Made by a program: the position numbers and the translations under genes. A stretch of DNA of 64,000 bases from Vicugna vicugna. Taxonomy: Eukaryota. The notes beneath the pieces were generated by a model, which ran no database searches, was not told the DNA's origin, and saw only the letters and a program-made list of their open reading frames with translations. The stretch is from assembly GCA_013265495.1 (NCBI GenBank), contig MU058687.1, positions 3,966,093 to 4,030,092 of the forward strand, written 5' to 3'. The first letter of the stretch is position 1; every line of letters starts with the position of its first letter. This document shows positions 48,101 to 61,479 of the stretch, one piece after another.

Positions 48101-50230
48101 AAATTGGTAATGATAGAGTAATAGTGTCTGTCTCATAGGCTTATTGGGAAGTTTAAGTGAGTTAATAGTAAGAACACATGGAAAACCACGCCTGGCGTGT
48201 GTGTAAGTGGTCTTTGGACACTAATCGTTGTTGCTGTTGTATTTATTACCGGCCATGTCCCCATTGGACTGGCAGCTGTATTTTATATGAGAGCCTTGAG
48301 TATTTCCCTGTTGTTTCTGCTTTACTCCTGCCACATAGAAGGAGCAAGGGGGCCTTTGGGACCACAGGAGCCATGACGAGTGTTGGGAGGTGGGGGCGAC
48401 TTGACAACTGCTGGAATGTGGTCCGGCCAGCTTACCCCGCCAACCCTGACTGCTGTTAGCAACCTGAAGTCAGGGCTGCCAGTCTCTCTAGGCACCAGTT
48501 TTCACGACTAAATGACTAGCCTCAACTTACCCCTCTCCCACTGCTGCTCAGCGCTCACCCTCAGTTGGTACCATGCTCATCCGTAGCTGTGGACCCACTC
48601 CTCCTCTCTGAAATGTTCTTTAGCTGGCTTCTGTGGGGGATTCTCTGTCTCCCATCCATCTATGAGCTCCTTGCAGTGGAAGAGTTACCTCGTGTGTCCC
48701 TCCATCCCTCTCTCCCTCACTGTCAGCACTCAGTTCAGTGTTCTGCACGCATGGAAACCTATTCCCATTTTGGGGCAGATCAGGATTTATTCATCCTTGG
48801 GCTGCCCTTGGCACCCAGCCCAAATCCATCGGAGGTGTGACTATGGAAACTGTTTGCAGAAGTGAATCTGAAACAGTGCCCTTCTGCCCAGGTCCTTCCC
48901 TAAATCCCACCCACTATATTCACGGTTCATACTGGAGGGTTTGATAATTGTGCAGAAGAAAGTAGAAGCCCTGCCTTGGGGCCAGTTCAGGGCTGAGGGT
49001 CCCGAAGTTCTGTTCATTCCTCCTGGGTTGGAGTTACCTGATGTGTAGTATATTGGAGTGCTTACATCCTTATTCCAGAGAGAAAGTTCTGCTTATCCTC
49101 ACCCTCTTACCGTGACACCCCTGCCACATGCTCCTCTACAAACACAACATATGCCAGGAACTCCATTAAAGTAGGCAGCTCACATCAATTTTCAATTTGA
49201 TCCTGTGGATTAGGTTATTTTACCTCATTTTTATCGTTAAAGAAACAGGCTTAGAGAACTGCTTGACCAGGATCACAGACTTACTATGTGGTATAAACTA
49301 TTGATCTAATACTAACTTGGTCTAACTGACCTTACCCTTCATTTCTCCTCTATAGGTTTATACAGATACTCTTCTGTCTTTTAATATCTTGAAATGTTTT
49401 TCCTGCTTAAGCATACATTTTCTTCGCTGGAGACAGGGACAGTTATTAATATTTCTTCCTCTGCTCTCTGAGTTGCAGTGATTTCATTGTGCACACATGT
49501 GCTCTGAGAACGTACAGTTGGCTAGACCCTGTACTCCACGTGACGATGGCTTCCTGGAAGCCTGATTACTCTAGAGCAGGAAGAACTGAAGAGAAAGAGC
49601 AGGAATCAACTTGAGGGTTATAACACATCTGTTACAATTCATGCTTTGCTCACACCTGAGCTCAGCCAACCCTAGGACCAACCCTGGTAGGACTTCCAAG
49701 TTCTCAGTGTTAGTATCTCTTCATTAAGTTCGGTTTGTACCTTTCTTTGATCCAATATCTCTCCTCCATAAGGCGCTTATTAATTTCCGCAGCATCCTGC
49801 TTGATGTTCTTATGTCCATCATCTGTAAGGTTGGAGTAAAGAAAGCAAGCGTCTCCCTGGCAGTGAGGGGTAGTTCAGTGGATGCGTCCATGGCTGCTCC
49901 CCCCGGCAGGACTTGAGGGAGGCACTTCAGGATTTCAGGATGTTTCGGATTTTGGAGATCTGGAGTTGAGGGAGCCTGGGAGGTCTCAAGCAGCTGCCAG
50001 TCAGCTTGCACTGCGTTTTTAAAAGCACACCTGCAGTTTTGGGGCTGGCTCTCCCCTGCATCACAGCCACCTCCTCATTACTGCGTAGGCTGCCACCCTG
50101 AGTGAGAAGCACCTATGCTAACTCTTTATCATGTCATCAAGCAGCATCTCCTTTTAAGTGCTTATTATCAGGAGAATAACATGTACACAGGATGTAATAG
50201 ATGATACAGGGAGCTCTATGTAAATGTTTG

Positions 50231-50258
50231 ATAAATAAATAAATAAATAAATAAATAA
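50231..50258. repeat. (TAAA)n microsatellite
   Basis: ataaataaataaataaataaataaataa. Confidence 0.9.
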
Positions 50259-52229
50259 AATGCAATGATGTGAAGGTCTCACAGACCCCAGACACTCTGT
50301 TCTCTGGAGGTAGCAACCATCCTTCAGTTCATGTAGTTCCTTCCAGAAAGTTTCCAGGTATATATAGACATGTTTGCATACATGCGTACCACCCAGTTTT
50401 GCCTTCACGTGTGAAGGCTGGAAATGTTGCTTAAATCCCACTGCCGAGGCACCCTGTGATTCTGGTCAAGGCCTCTGAGCACTGGTGGCCACAAAGGAAA
50501 AGTCCTTTCCTTTCCGTCATCTGGGGGGCTTGCCCAAGGCCACCTCATCAAAGCTTGGGATTTCAATTCCCATATGGATCCAGAGCTGTGGTGTTCTCAG
50601 GAAGATGACAGACAAGAATATGGAGTTAAGACTGACTCCTCCTGAGGTTCACCGAAATTTTAATAGAGTTGTGAGATGGGGGAGGGAAAACTATGGGTAA
50701 TTATTTTCTTCTTGCATTTCCTTAACTTTTAATGATCATGTATTAATAATGAAAATTTTACTTATAATGAAAAATCCCAGTGCACTTTAAAAAAAAGCAT
50801 TACCAGTTCACCCTGGAGTGAAGTCTTAAGCTCTTAACTTACTCAGTGTACTAATAAAGTTTTTATTGGCTACAGACAGATACAAAATCCCTTTATAAGA
50901 AACCCCAGGGTATAGCTACCATTGTTTTGTTATAACAGAATTGGTTCTTAATGAGCCCAGTGCTAGAAATCACAATCTGCAGAAACTAGCAGTGAAATGG
51001 AGTTGATTCTGGTATTTCTGTAGTGAATGAGCATAGTGCCTGGAAGACTCTCCTGGACCAAGGTACTGGTGGTAAGGGATGGGGTCTTCCAGGATGCTTT
51101 GAAAGCGGCACTGGACTGCCACTCTTCTCTTTGCTTCACTGATGGAAAGTCAGTGTTGTAAGGCAGTGGTTCCCATGCCGTGGGCTTTGGACTCCTCTGG
51201 GGCTGGGAGATTACTGCAAGTGGACTGTGGACTCTTCCAGACATAGCACATTGTCTGCCCCAAACAATATGATGACCATTTGTGGAACATCTGTCATGTG
51301 CCAGGCACTGTTCTAGGAACTTTCATGTATTTGCTCCTTCAATTCAGTTACCCAGCGAAACTGATAACATTTCAATCTTGTTGATGAGAAAACTGAGACC
51401 CAGAAGGGTGAAGTAAGTCATCTTGGGTCTCTCTGCTATTAGGAGGTAAAGTCATGGTTCACATCCATGCCTTTGGCCTCCAGAGCCACCCTCCTTCATT
51501 ACTAAATCACACTGCCTGTCAGAGAAGTGGACGATGTTTCACGGGTGTGGGCTGTCAGTCTGTGTGTTGTGTGTAGTACTTTTCCCCCAGATATTTGTAG
51601 ATGCTATTGGGATGGAGCAAATAAAAATTCACGTCAAAGGGATACTGAATTTGCATTAGCATTTTGTCATCAGTATTTTCTTTGTCATTGGATCTGAAAT
51701 GTAACTTCTCTCCTGAGGTGGTCCTCCCAAACTTTAGCTGTTCTAAAAAGGGTATATTGTCCAAAAGGCCGAAAATCACTGCTCTAAAGAAGGAAGGTGT
51801 GGATCAAATACATCCCCATCCCTGGTTCTTTTTGTTTGTTTATTTTTTGCTTCTTTTTCAACCAACTCCCCTTAAGCTCTACTCACCTCTCTTGTTCTCA
51901 ACCAGCATTGATGGCACGTCCTCTCGTTCTTTGTGATGTGGACAGGTGCCGGTGAAGTCACTGCTTTGGGAGTCATCTGGTAGAATACAAAAATAATGTC
52001 ACAGCATAACACCCTTTTCCCTGGAGACATTCAGTGGAAGAGCTTCATGTGTTTTATATTCTGGATGGGAGGCTGGCCAGACCTTCAGTCAGAAGGACCA
52101 CGTTTTAGTACCCACTAACCATGATCAGTGTTACTTTCCGTGATCTCAGCTTCTTGATCGGTAAGATGCCTTGCCTAATGGGAGAGTGGTTGCAAAATCA
52201 AGTGAGATGACAACCCTCTCTATTGTATC

Positions 52230-53385
52230 TAGTATGCTCATTTATTTATTGTAAAGAGTGTTGAATGCCTAGTCCCTAAGAGGCAGTGCTGTAGGCTAAG
52301 GGATTCCAGCAGTGAGCAAAACAGACCAAACCTGGTCCTCACAGGGTGGACAGTCTATTTGAGGAAGAGAGACCAAAAGGAAATTAATATGTTACCAGGT
52401 GGTGATAAGAAAGGTGCTGTGGAGAAAAATAAATAGGGTAAGGGGTATGGGGTGGGGAGTGATTCATTTGTTTGAAGTTCAGGAAAGAACTTACATTGAA
52501 GCTGTACTTGGGCTCATTCCTGAGGAAGTCAGAGAGAGCCAGAAGGATGTCAGGGGGGATGGTGTCGGGCAGAAAAAACAGCCAGTGCAAAGGCCCTGGG
52601 GTGGGGATGTACTTGGCAAGTTGGAGGCACGGTAAGGAGCCTGTGTGGCTGGTACAGAGGAAGGCTGAGAGCACAGATGAGGTCAGAGCTCTAAAGGGGC
52701 CGGATAACAGGGGGGTTCTGAAAGTGAAATGGAGCCACGGGCAGGTTTGAGCAGCATGATATGCTCCAATTTATGCTGTCACTAGCTGGTCCTTCATGTG
52801 CATGTTGTAGATAGCTGTCCATGTGGCTGCACGTGGACAGTAGACATTTAGGGGAAAAGGGAGGGAGGAGGGTGGAAGCAGATTGGTTAGGGAACCAATC
52901 TAGGTTGTCATAATCCAGATTAGTGATGATAATGGCTTGGACCCATGGTGTTAGTGGTGAAAGAGGTAGGAGAAGAGGTCTGATTCTGGGTATGTTTTGA
53001 AGGTAAGCCTGACAGGATTTGTTGAGAGAGGGGGCAAGGCTGACACCAAAAATATTATCAAGGTTTTTGGCCTAAGTCCCTGAAATGATGAGATGGGAAA
53101 AGCTGAGAGAGAAACAGGTTTGGGAGGAGGGTTGAAATGAGGTCTTCAGCTTTGGACTTGTTGCGTTTCAGCGTCTGAGATACCCAAGGGGAAACATGAA
53201 ATAAGAGGTTGGATGTATAAGGAATGAGTTTCGGGGGAAGTCTGGGTTGGAGTTAAGACTTTGGGAGTCATTAGCATAAACATGTTATTGAGGGGCCTGA
53301 AATTGGATGAGTCGTGGAGACATGAGTGTAGATGATAAAGCGGTCAAAGGGCAGAGCCAGAGAAGGACTGGGGGGCCCACTGTTT
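52230..53385 (-). mobile_element. L2 LINE 3' region
   Basis: tcatttatttatt...cagcagtgagcaaaacagac...cagccagtgcaaaggccctggggtggg...gattctgggtatgttttgaaggtaagcctgacaggattt...ttgggagtcattagcata. Confidence 0.85.
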
Positions 53386-53389
53386 AGAT

Positions 53390-53595
53390 CAGGGATTGGC
53401 AGGCAGCAGCGGGGGTGGTTGCTTCTTTTAGTAAATAAAGTTTGATTGGAAGACAGTCATTTGCATTCCTTTATCTATTGTCTCTGGCTGCTTTTGAGTT
53501 GCAATGGTGAAGTTAAATATTTGTGACAAAGGCTTATGGGCTGCCAAGCCAACAAAATTTACTAGCTTTTTACAGATGAGTTTTTCCAGCCTGGA
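53390..53595. mobile_element. MER58A-type hAT relic
   Basis: caggg...gtaaataaagtttgattggaa...attgtctctggctgctttt...aaaatttacta...ttacaga...cctg. Confidence 0.7.
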
Positions 53596-54577
53596 TTAGA
53601 GATCAGGGAGATGACGGGGGTCCAGCTAAGGGGACCGAGGAGAAACAGCCAGGCAGGAGGAAGGGACCCCAAGAGGTCTGCCCTATAGGCCAGGTGGTGT
53701 AAGGCTTCCGATCAGCAGGGTTAAGAATGTGTGGCGCTGGGCAAGTTACTTCACCTGCGAGGGCAGTGGGCGTGCAGGATTGTTGTGAAGATGAGATGAA
53801 GTCGGTCAGACACGTATGGCAGTGCCTGGCATACAGCAAATGCTCAGTAAGCCTGCAGCCCTCAGCTTCAGCTCTGGACTAGAGACAAGATTCAGGGTGA
53901 TGACTGTTCCCTGCCACCATGTATCGGCCCTGTGACCTGGGCTCAGGCCCCGAAGAGGCAGAAGGAAAGTGAGCCCCTGGACCTGATCCTATACACTCTG
54001 TCCCATGAGGGAACCTTGGAGAAGAGCTCTGGCCCTCCAGCACCTGCTTTTACCTTCTGTCTTTGATAAATAGTCTTTATTGAAAGCTTTTGAGCAAACA
54101 GCAAATCCATTTTTATGAGATTACCAATGTCAACACACTCTGTGTATGAGGATTTGGTAGGTTCCTGTGGAGCTGTGCCTGTGACAACACGGGCTGACTG
54201 CGCTCGCCTGGGGAATTATACCACATACCCCTGACGCTGGAGAAGGGCCTGGTGTCCCACCCAGGATCAGGACATTGTCTGCTAGGAAGCACCTTGGATG
54301 AGGAGCTAGAAGAGGGAGTGGGACCCACTGGGGCTCCTCTGACGACTCGAGCTCCAAGACTTGGATAAGGAAAGAAGTACCTTGCATCATGTACTTGTGT
54401 GGCTTCAGCATGCCAGCTTCACCGCTGGTCCCCTGGTCCAGAGTCACCAGAGCCCACAGGAGTGTTTGACCTTTGGAAAGGCTGTGAAGGAGAACCTGGC
54501 CTTTCCCATTCACTTGTTCTTGCCTCTGTTATTGGTCCCCTTCCTATTATGGCTACTTGCTCTGGTTAGCCTCGGAA

Positions 54578-54851
54578 GCAGTGGTTCTCAAAGTGTCGTC
54601 TCTGGGCCAGCAGCATCAGCATCCCTGGGAAACTTGCTTGAGACACCTCCCAAACCATGCAATCATCAGCTTTTGATGTGTGACCCGGGCAAGGTAGTTA
54701 ACCTCTCTGAAGTGTGGTTGCCCTCTATGGAATGTGGGAGTAATAATGGCACAGGAATGTTGTAAAGATTAAGTGAGATGAACACTCCACAGAATTTAAC
54801 AAGTCCTCCAGGTGATTCTGGTCATGCTAAAGTCTGAGCATCGCTCCTCTA
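54578..54851. mobile_element. MER5A interrupted by a MIR core (~54665-54782)
   Basis: MER5A 5' part (cagtggttctcaaagtg...cagcagcatcagcat) and 3' part (tttaacaagtcctccaggtgattct) flank MIR tgtgacccgggcaaggtagttaacctctctg. Confidence 0.65.
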
Positions 54852-55510
54852 AAGATTCTTCTAAAGGGTCCCCGTTTTTGGACAGTGAGAAGCTCCTACT
54901 AAGAGAATTTTTCAGATTTTAGCCGTTTATACATCTCAGACCATTTTAAATCTGGGCTAATGTGCCTGTCATCTTTCCAAAATGAATGCTTTCTCATTTT
55001 TGTAAAAATGTTACAGGAAACCAATCATAGTTTAGCTTTTCCGTAAAGTTCCAGGATATAATCGTGAATGTAATTATTTCTATGTTGGGTGTAGGGCTTT
55101 TGGCATTATACTTCTGTGTGCATTCTTTACCAGTTTGTTAGCTTAAAATTTTTTTTAATTGTTTGTGCTCCCCATGTTTGTGCTTCCTTTTTCGTTGTCT
55201 GCATTTCAGTTGTTATGTAAGTACACCTAGTAGAAGCCCCTGTCGCTTTCTAATTTTTTATTTTTAGATTGATTTCATACAGGGACTGAGATAGTCAAGA
55301 TGGTAAGTTAGGGTGTTCAAACCAAGAGTAAATAAGTAAAAAAAAAAAAGAGTAAATAACTAAATGAAAAGCTGAGAGAATATTTTTTCAAGTATAAACT
55401 TTGGTACCTGAATTTTGTAGCATAAAATTTCAATTCTTATGTACCTTACTGTTCACTTCTGATCATGTTCTCAATAATTGATGTTTTGGATTACAAAAAT
55501 TATGCAGCAC

Positions 55511-56465
55511 TTTTTTTTAACATTTTTTATTGAGTTATAGTCATTTTACAACATTGTGTCAAATTCCAGTGTAGAGCACAATTTTTCAGTTGTACATGAA
55601 CATACATATATTCATTGTCACATTTTTCTTTTTCGCTGTGAGCTACCACAAGATCTTGTATATATTTCTCTGTGCTATACAGTATAATCTTGTTTATCTA
55701 TTCTGCATATGCCTGTCAGTATCTATAAATTTTGAACTCCCAGTCTGTCCCTTCCCACCCCCCAACTCCTTGGCAAACACAAGTTTGTATTCTGTCTATA
55801 AGTCTGTTTCTGTTTTGTATTTATGTTCTTTTTTTTTTTTTTTTAGATTCCACATGTAAGTGACCTCGTATGGTATTTTTCTTTCTCTTTCTGGCTTATT
55901 TCACTTAGAATGACATTCTCCAGAAACATCCATGTTGCTGCAAATGGCGTTATATTGTCGGTTTTTATGGCTGAATAGTATTCCATTGTATAAATATACC
56001 ATATCTTCTAAACAAGCAATTCTCCAAGGAAGAATTGATCAATAGGCACATGAAAAAATGCTCAATATCACTAATTATCAGAGAAATGCAAATCAAAACT
56101 ACAATGAGATATCACCTCACACCAGCCAGAATGGCCATCATTCTAAAGTCCACAAATGACAAACGCTGGAGAGGCTGTGGAGAAAGGGGAACCCTCCTAC
56201 ACTACTGGTGGGTATGCAGTTTGGTGCAGCCACTGTGGAAAACAGTATGGAGATTCCTCAAAAGACTAGGAGGAGACTTACCATATGACCCAGGAATCCC
56301 GCTCCTGGGCTTATATCCAGAAGGAACCCTACTCCAAAATGACACCTGCACCTCGATGTTCATAGCAGCACTATTTACAATAGCCAAGACATGGAAACAG
56401 CCTAAATGTCCATCAACAGATGACTGGATAAAGAAGATGTGGTATATTCATACAGTACATTTTCA
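55511..56465. mobile_element. 5'-truncated, 5'-inverted (twin-primed) LINE-1: sense part 56009->55511 on minus strand, inverted ORF2 part 56010-56454 on plus strand
   Basis: The plus-strand frame encodes the L1 ORF2p C-terminal region ([42 protein letters not shown]). The minus piece resumes at AGAAGATATGGTATATTTATACAATGGAATAC and runs through the 3' UTR to the T-run at 55511. Degenerate TSD atgcagcactttt / atacagtacatttt. Confidence 0.9.
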
Positions 56466-58934
56466 CTCAACACTTCTTCTGAACGTTTCCCCATCTTACA
56501 TTTTTCTACCTTTTGCATATCTATCTTTCTTTGTTACTGACATGTGTATTTTCCTAAAAGATACAGTTCCCAACATCTCATCCATTGACATCTAAATGAC
56601 TGCTCTTTGGAATAACAGGTAATCACTGAATTACCTGAAGTGGCCCCCTCTTTCACTCCCTTTTCCCTGTTCTACTTTTGGGTTCCTGATTCAGCGTGGG
56701 GGAGACTGCCCAGGGCTGACATGTGAAAACCCCTGCATTCTAGGCTTGTTTCTGCCCCTAAGTGGCTGCGGAGAGTTGGGCAAATCATTTGGCTTCTCTG
56801 GGCCTGGCGCTGTAACATAAATGCGGGTGGTAGTGCAAGCTCCTCCTTCCTTGGAGCAGCGTCGCAGGAACCCCAGTAACAGTGAACATGGAAATGTAAC
56901 GCAATACACACCTGGTAGTCATTGCAATTAAGGTGTACCCAAGGCATTTTGGCTTCATTTAGGCCCAAAGGCTGCTTCTGCAGTATCTCTTTCCCCCATA
57001 TCCAGCTGCCTTGGCTCAGAGATTTGGGGACTATGTTGTATTTTATGTCCTGCTTCAGAGGATGCCCAGTCAACACAGATGTAAAATAAAGTTACAACGA
57101 GAAACTCATATTCACCATTGAAAATGTTGGAGGGAAAGACATAACCACTCAGTAACTCCACAAAAACCCCTTCTTATGGATTGTACAGTAGTGTGTGGAA
57201 TGCAGTGTTTTGGCTGTTCTCACTGCCTGGAAATCTGGTGTTTTCTGAGATGTGGGACGTGTCGAGTGTTTAGACAAGAACGTGCTTGGCACCTGCAGGT
57301 TCCTGGAAGGGACTGGGGACTTCTGATGTAGGCCTGCTGACCAGGATTCTCAGTTAGACAAGGCACCCCTTCCGCTGGTTCAGGCCACTCTGGACCTCAG
57401 CTGTGAGCAGATACAGGGCCCCAAGAAGCCCACCACCGCTGAGATACAAAGAGACAGCCTCTTTTCTGGGTATCTTGTTCCCTTCAGCTGAGTCTGTTTG
57501 TGTCCTGGCCCCAGGAGAGGCTGCCGATGGCTGCTGCCCCTGAAGGACACATAAGATGGCTTTCACCCTCATGCAGGAAGCTTCTGAAAGAGCTGACCCA
57601 GTTCATTTCGCCTTGCTGCCACTCTTTAAAGCCCATGTAAGTCTGACCTTCCTGAAACCACCAGGGCCTTCAGCCTTTGTGACCCCTCTCACCGCTGGCC
57701 TCCGCCAGTACTTGCACGTGGGAGTCTCTTTGGCTCTTATGATGGTTGCCTTGTAGGGCAGATTTTAGGGATATGTCTGTCAGCATCTTGAAGGCAGTGC
57801 AAGGTCTTGTAAGTACCAGTTCTGCTCTTGGGCCACATGCACCTGCAACAGTAGGATGTCTGCCTACCTGGGCTGAGAAACTGTCCTTGGGGCTGGGCTG
57901 GATGCTGCAGGTCACTCCAGGGCAGCCGAAGGCAGCAGAGCCGGAGGGAAAAGTTGAGTGTGCTTAAGGCCTGAGCTTCTCCCCCAAGGGAGGAAGGAGG
58001 TCAAAGTGAGGGACACAGTCAAGGTTAGAAATCAAAGGATGAGGAGTCAGATAAGTGGCTCAGGACTGAGGCCATGAAGAGTCCCCTGCCAGGGTTAGGA
58101 GGCCTCTTTGCTTTGGCCTGGTGCTCTTTTTGGCATGGAAACAGGCCATTTCTTTTAAAGGAGTCACTCAGGTTGGGTATTTATGTCATGATCTGCTCCC
58201 CAGGGTGGGGCCAGTGGAGGTGTAGATCTTACTTCTGGTCCCTGTCCACAAAGAGACGACAGTGTCGCACTCTCCTTACCTGTGAAATGGACTTAGTCCT
58301 CTCTTGCTCTGTGATCCTAGCAAATGAGTTGAGGGAATTGGGAGCAGGCCAATCTCTTATGTAATGAATAGATGGTCCAAGGAGTACCTTTTTAAAACAC
58401 TTTAGGCATAGAAACATTTCCTTTCGGAAGCAGTGGAGGCTTGAGACCGAAAACTAGACCATCCCTAAAGGGAAGTTTAATGTTTTCTTCATTGAGAGAG
58501 AAGATCCTAGACATTTAAGAGCGGAAAGGGAAAGCTTGCGTGGGTTTGGAGATGGAGGATTGGGCCTGTTTCTTCAAAGGATAATGAATTGCAATAAATT
58601 AAAACCAAGAGATGGAGCAAAATGGTGGGTAGTGACTGTCATCAGAGAAGTAAATGCTATTTATATAAGAAGTAAAGATGAGGGAACCATGATAGGGACA
58701 GACCTCTGGCTTTAATTAGCTGATGCCATAGTGATATTGGTCCTTGGGAAGTCTGCTTATCAGTGGGAAGAGGTTTGTTTTCAGAGGTAGTGAGATGTGT
58801 CCACATAAAAGCATTTCAAAGAGCAATTCAGAGCAGGAGGGCCGGTGGGAGTTGAGTGGTCAGTTGCCATGGTGAACAGAGACTCCCTGCTGAGACGCTA
58901 CCCCCGTCTGTGCACAGGGACAGCGTTGGGCTGG

Positions 58935-59097
58935 ATGCTGCTTCTCCAACTCTAATGTGTGTACTGATCACCTGGGGACCTTGTGGAGCGGGACTTCTGA
59001 TTCACTATGTCTTGATGGGTTCAAGACTGTGTTTCTAACCTGCCTCTAGGTGCGGTTGATGCTGCTGGTCTGTGCACCATGTTTTGAGTAGCAAAGG
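58935..59097. mobile_element. MER5A hAT relic
   Basis: gcttctccaactctaatgtg...atcacctgggga...ttctgattca...gatgctgctggtc...tttgagtagcaa. Confidence 0.75.
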
Positions 59098-61479
59098 GCC
59101 CGGTGGGCATTCGAGGAAGGAGCTGTAGACCAGAGTTCCAGCCCTGTGTGTGGCCCTGGACAAGTCACTGACTCTTTGAGCCCCATAGTTCTTCAGCAGT
59201 AACAAAAGAGGGAAATGGACTAGAAGCTCTCCAGTTCCGCAGCGCAGTTTCTGTTACTGTCCCAGAGAGAGTGTGGCCCTCTGCCTTGTTCTTCTGGAGC
59301 TTGTGCCCAAGTGTCTTGCAACATGGGGATTTGCGTGGCTCCTTCACTGTGTGTGCGTTGTTTGGGCAGCCTCTGTCCAGTGGCTTTAAGAGTGGTTACC
59401 AGCTTCTGTTGTTGTTTGAAAGAAAAGAGAAGAGAGGACAGTTCAGTGACCCCTGTCCCACACCCACTCCTCTAGTGGTTCAGAGGTGACTCCCCTCTTC
59501 CCTTATCACATGTTTAGATTCATGCTGTGACCTCTGTAATTCTCCTGTCCTTTCTGCTGAGGAAGCTGGCTCACTGGACCACCCTAAAAGAATGCCTAGG
59601 CCTCAGACCTCTGAGTCCGTTCCTCTGCGATGAGATGTCCAGTCTGTTCATGACGACGGTCGCTGCCAGCCCTATTACAGTCATGCAATAGGTTTCTTTT
59701 TTTAACCAAGCTTGAAAATGTGTGCATTATCCTTTAGGTAATAAATGAAATAAAAAAAGGCTGAAAATAAATCGGCTTTGCAAAGTGGGGCTAAAGCTTT
59801 TCTACTAACAGCACCTCTTTTTTTTTTTTCTTTTTGGTTCTTGTTGCTTTGAAAGGAGCTGATGGCAAGTGATTTCTTTTTAACCCCTTTTAAGAGCCCA
59901 GCTCATCTTTCACTATTGATTGTTGGGACTTTGGCCTGATGCAAAAGGAGCCCCCAGACAGCTACTCTGAGAATGGGGGGTTATTCAGGAAGACATTGTC
60001 ACGTGCCCTTTGGCACGGGGTGGTTTTTGCTCATTCTCTGCCCCTCTTTCCATCTCAGAGAATCATGTGGCAACTATCATGGTGGTTGTGTTAAAGGAAA
60101 ACATGTCTTCCTACCCAGATGTGTCAACTGAGGGCTGGAAGGTGAGAGAACACCCCTACAGTCTAAGCATGACACCAGGATCAGTTTCCTTTTGACCCTC
60201 TTAGGCCTCTATCTCTTTGCCTCCATACAATTTTATTAGCACTTTAAAGGCAGCACTTGGGCTTAGGAATTATGCAGTCTGCTCTGTGTTCTACTGTTAC
60301 CTGTTTCTCTGATGGACATGTTTATCATACTTCCCTTCTGGGCATGGGGTGTGACAGCCAGGGGATGGATAACTGGACAAGACGATCTCGGACATGGATC
60401 CCATGGGGCTGACAGCTAGTCTGTCTGGAGGTACCCCCTTGGCTTGCAAAGAGGAAGGGAAAACCGGATGGGAGGGGAGGTCTGACGTGGGTGGGCAGGA
60501 AGTGACCCCTGCCCCTTGTGTGTGCACGGAGACATTGAATGGTCGAATGGAGGTTGTCTTGAATCGTCTGATTTCGCTCCTCATTAGTGTTTCCCCTCCA
60601 TGTTCCCCACCACACTTCCCTCCGCGGTGCATGGAGAGCTATTAACAACATTCACATGCGGCACATCTGTGGAGCCATTATTGCTGCTGTGTAGTTGTGT
60701 TTGTGTAAAATATTGAACACCCTGCAAAGATTTATACAGGTTTCCCGTCCTGTCCCCTCCACTCCCTCCTCTCCCTCCTCTCCCTCCTTTTCTCTACTTA
60801 AAGATACATTAACATCTCTGGTTCTGTCTGGAGGGAGAAAACCTTTGAAGTGAGACTGCATGAAGACAAAATGCCCTTCTCTGAAAACTCTCTCTCTAGA
60901 AGGAGCATGGAGGCCTTCTAAGAGGCCGGAGGGTGGCCTGCGGCACGCACGGGGTGCTTCACTGCAAGGCTGTGGGGCCCCGTCTCCCTCTGGTCTCTCC
61001 CCCGTGAGCCAGCGCTCCCAGGCGTGGGCTGAGGAGACAGAGAGCCACATGGTTTTCCAGCTTTAGGATACCTTGCTAATGCTTGTCTCAAGGTCCATGT
61101 CCCACACGTCAACAACTTGGGTATATCTTGGTTGTAAGGGGCCCTCTGATTTCCCAAAATAGTAGTCTCCGCTCTTTGTTTTGTCAGTGGAGATGCCAGT
61201 GGCTGAAATTTGGTCCTGGGTACAAGTGAGACAGGACTTAAGTCAGGAAGTGGGGAAACAGTCGTGCTCACCCAGCATGGAGCTGGCAGGGCCCTGGTTT
61301 AAAGGGGTGACGGACCACTGACATCACCACTGAGGGTGCTTTAAAGCTTAGCTTTGTCTGTGATTGTGGAATTCTCCCCTCACCCCAAATGAGATGGGCC
61401 CAGGCATGTAGAATATTGCATCCCTTTGATTCTGTCATCGCGTGCATGGTGGCTGAGGGCCCAGGTAGAGGCTGCTGGT

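Noticed and set aside
56035..56595. 186-aa ORF as a host gene
   Set aside because: It is an L1 ORF2 C-terminal fragment reading into flanking DNA.
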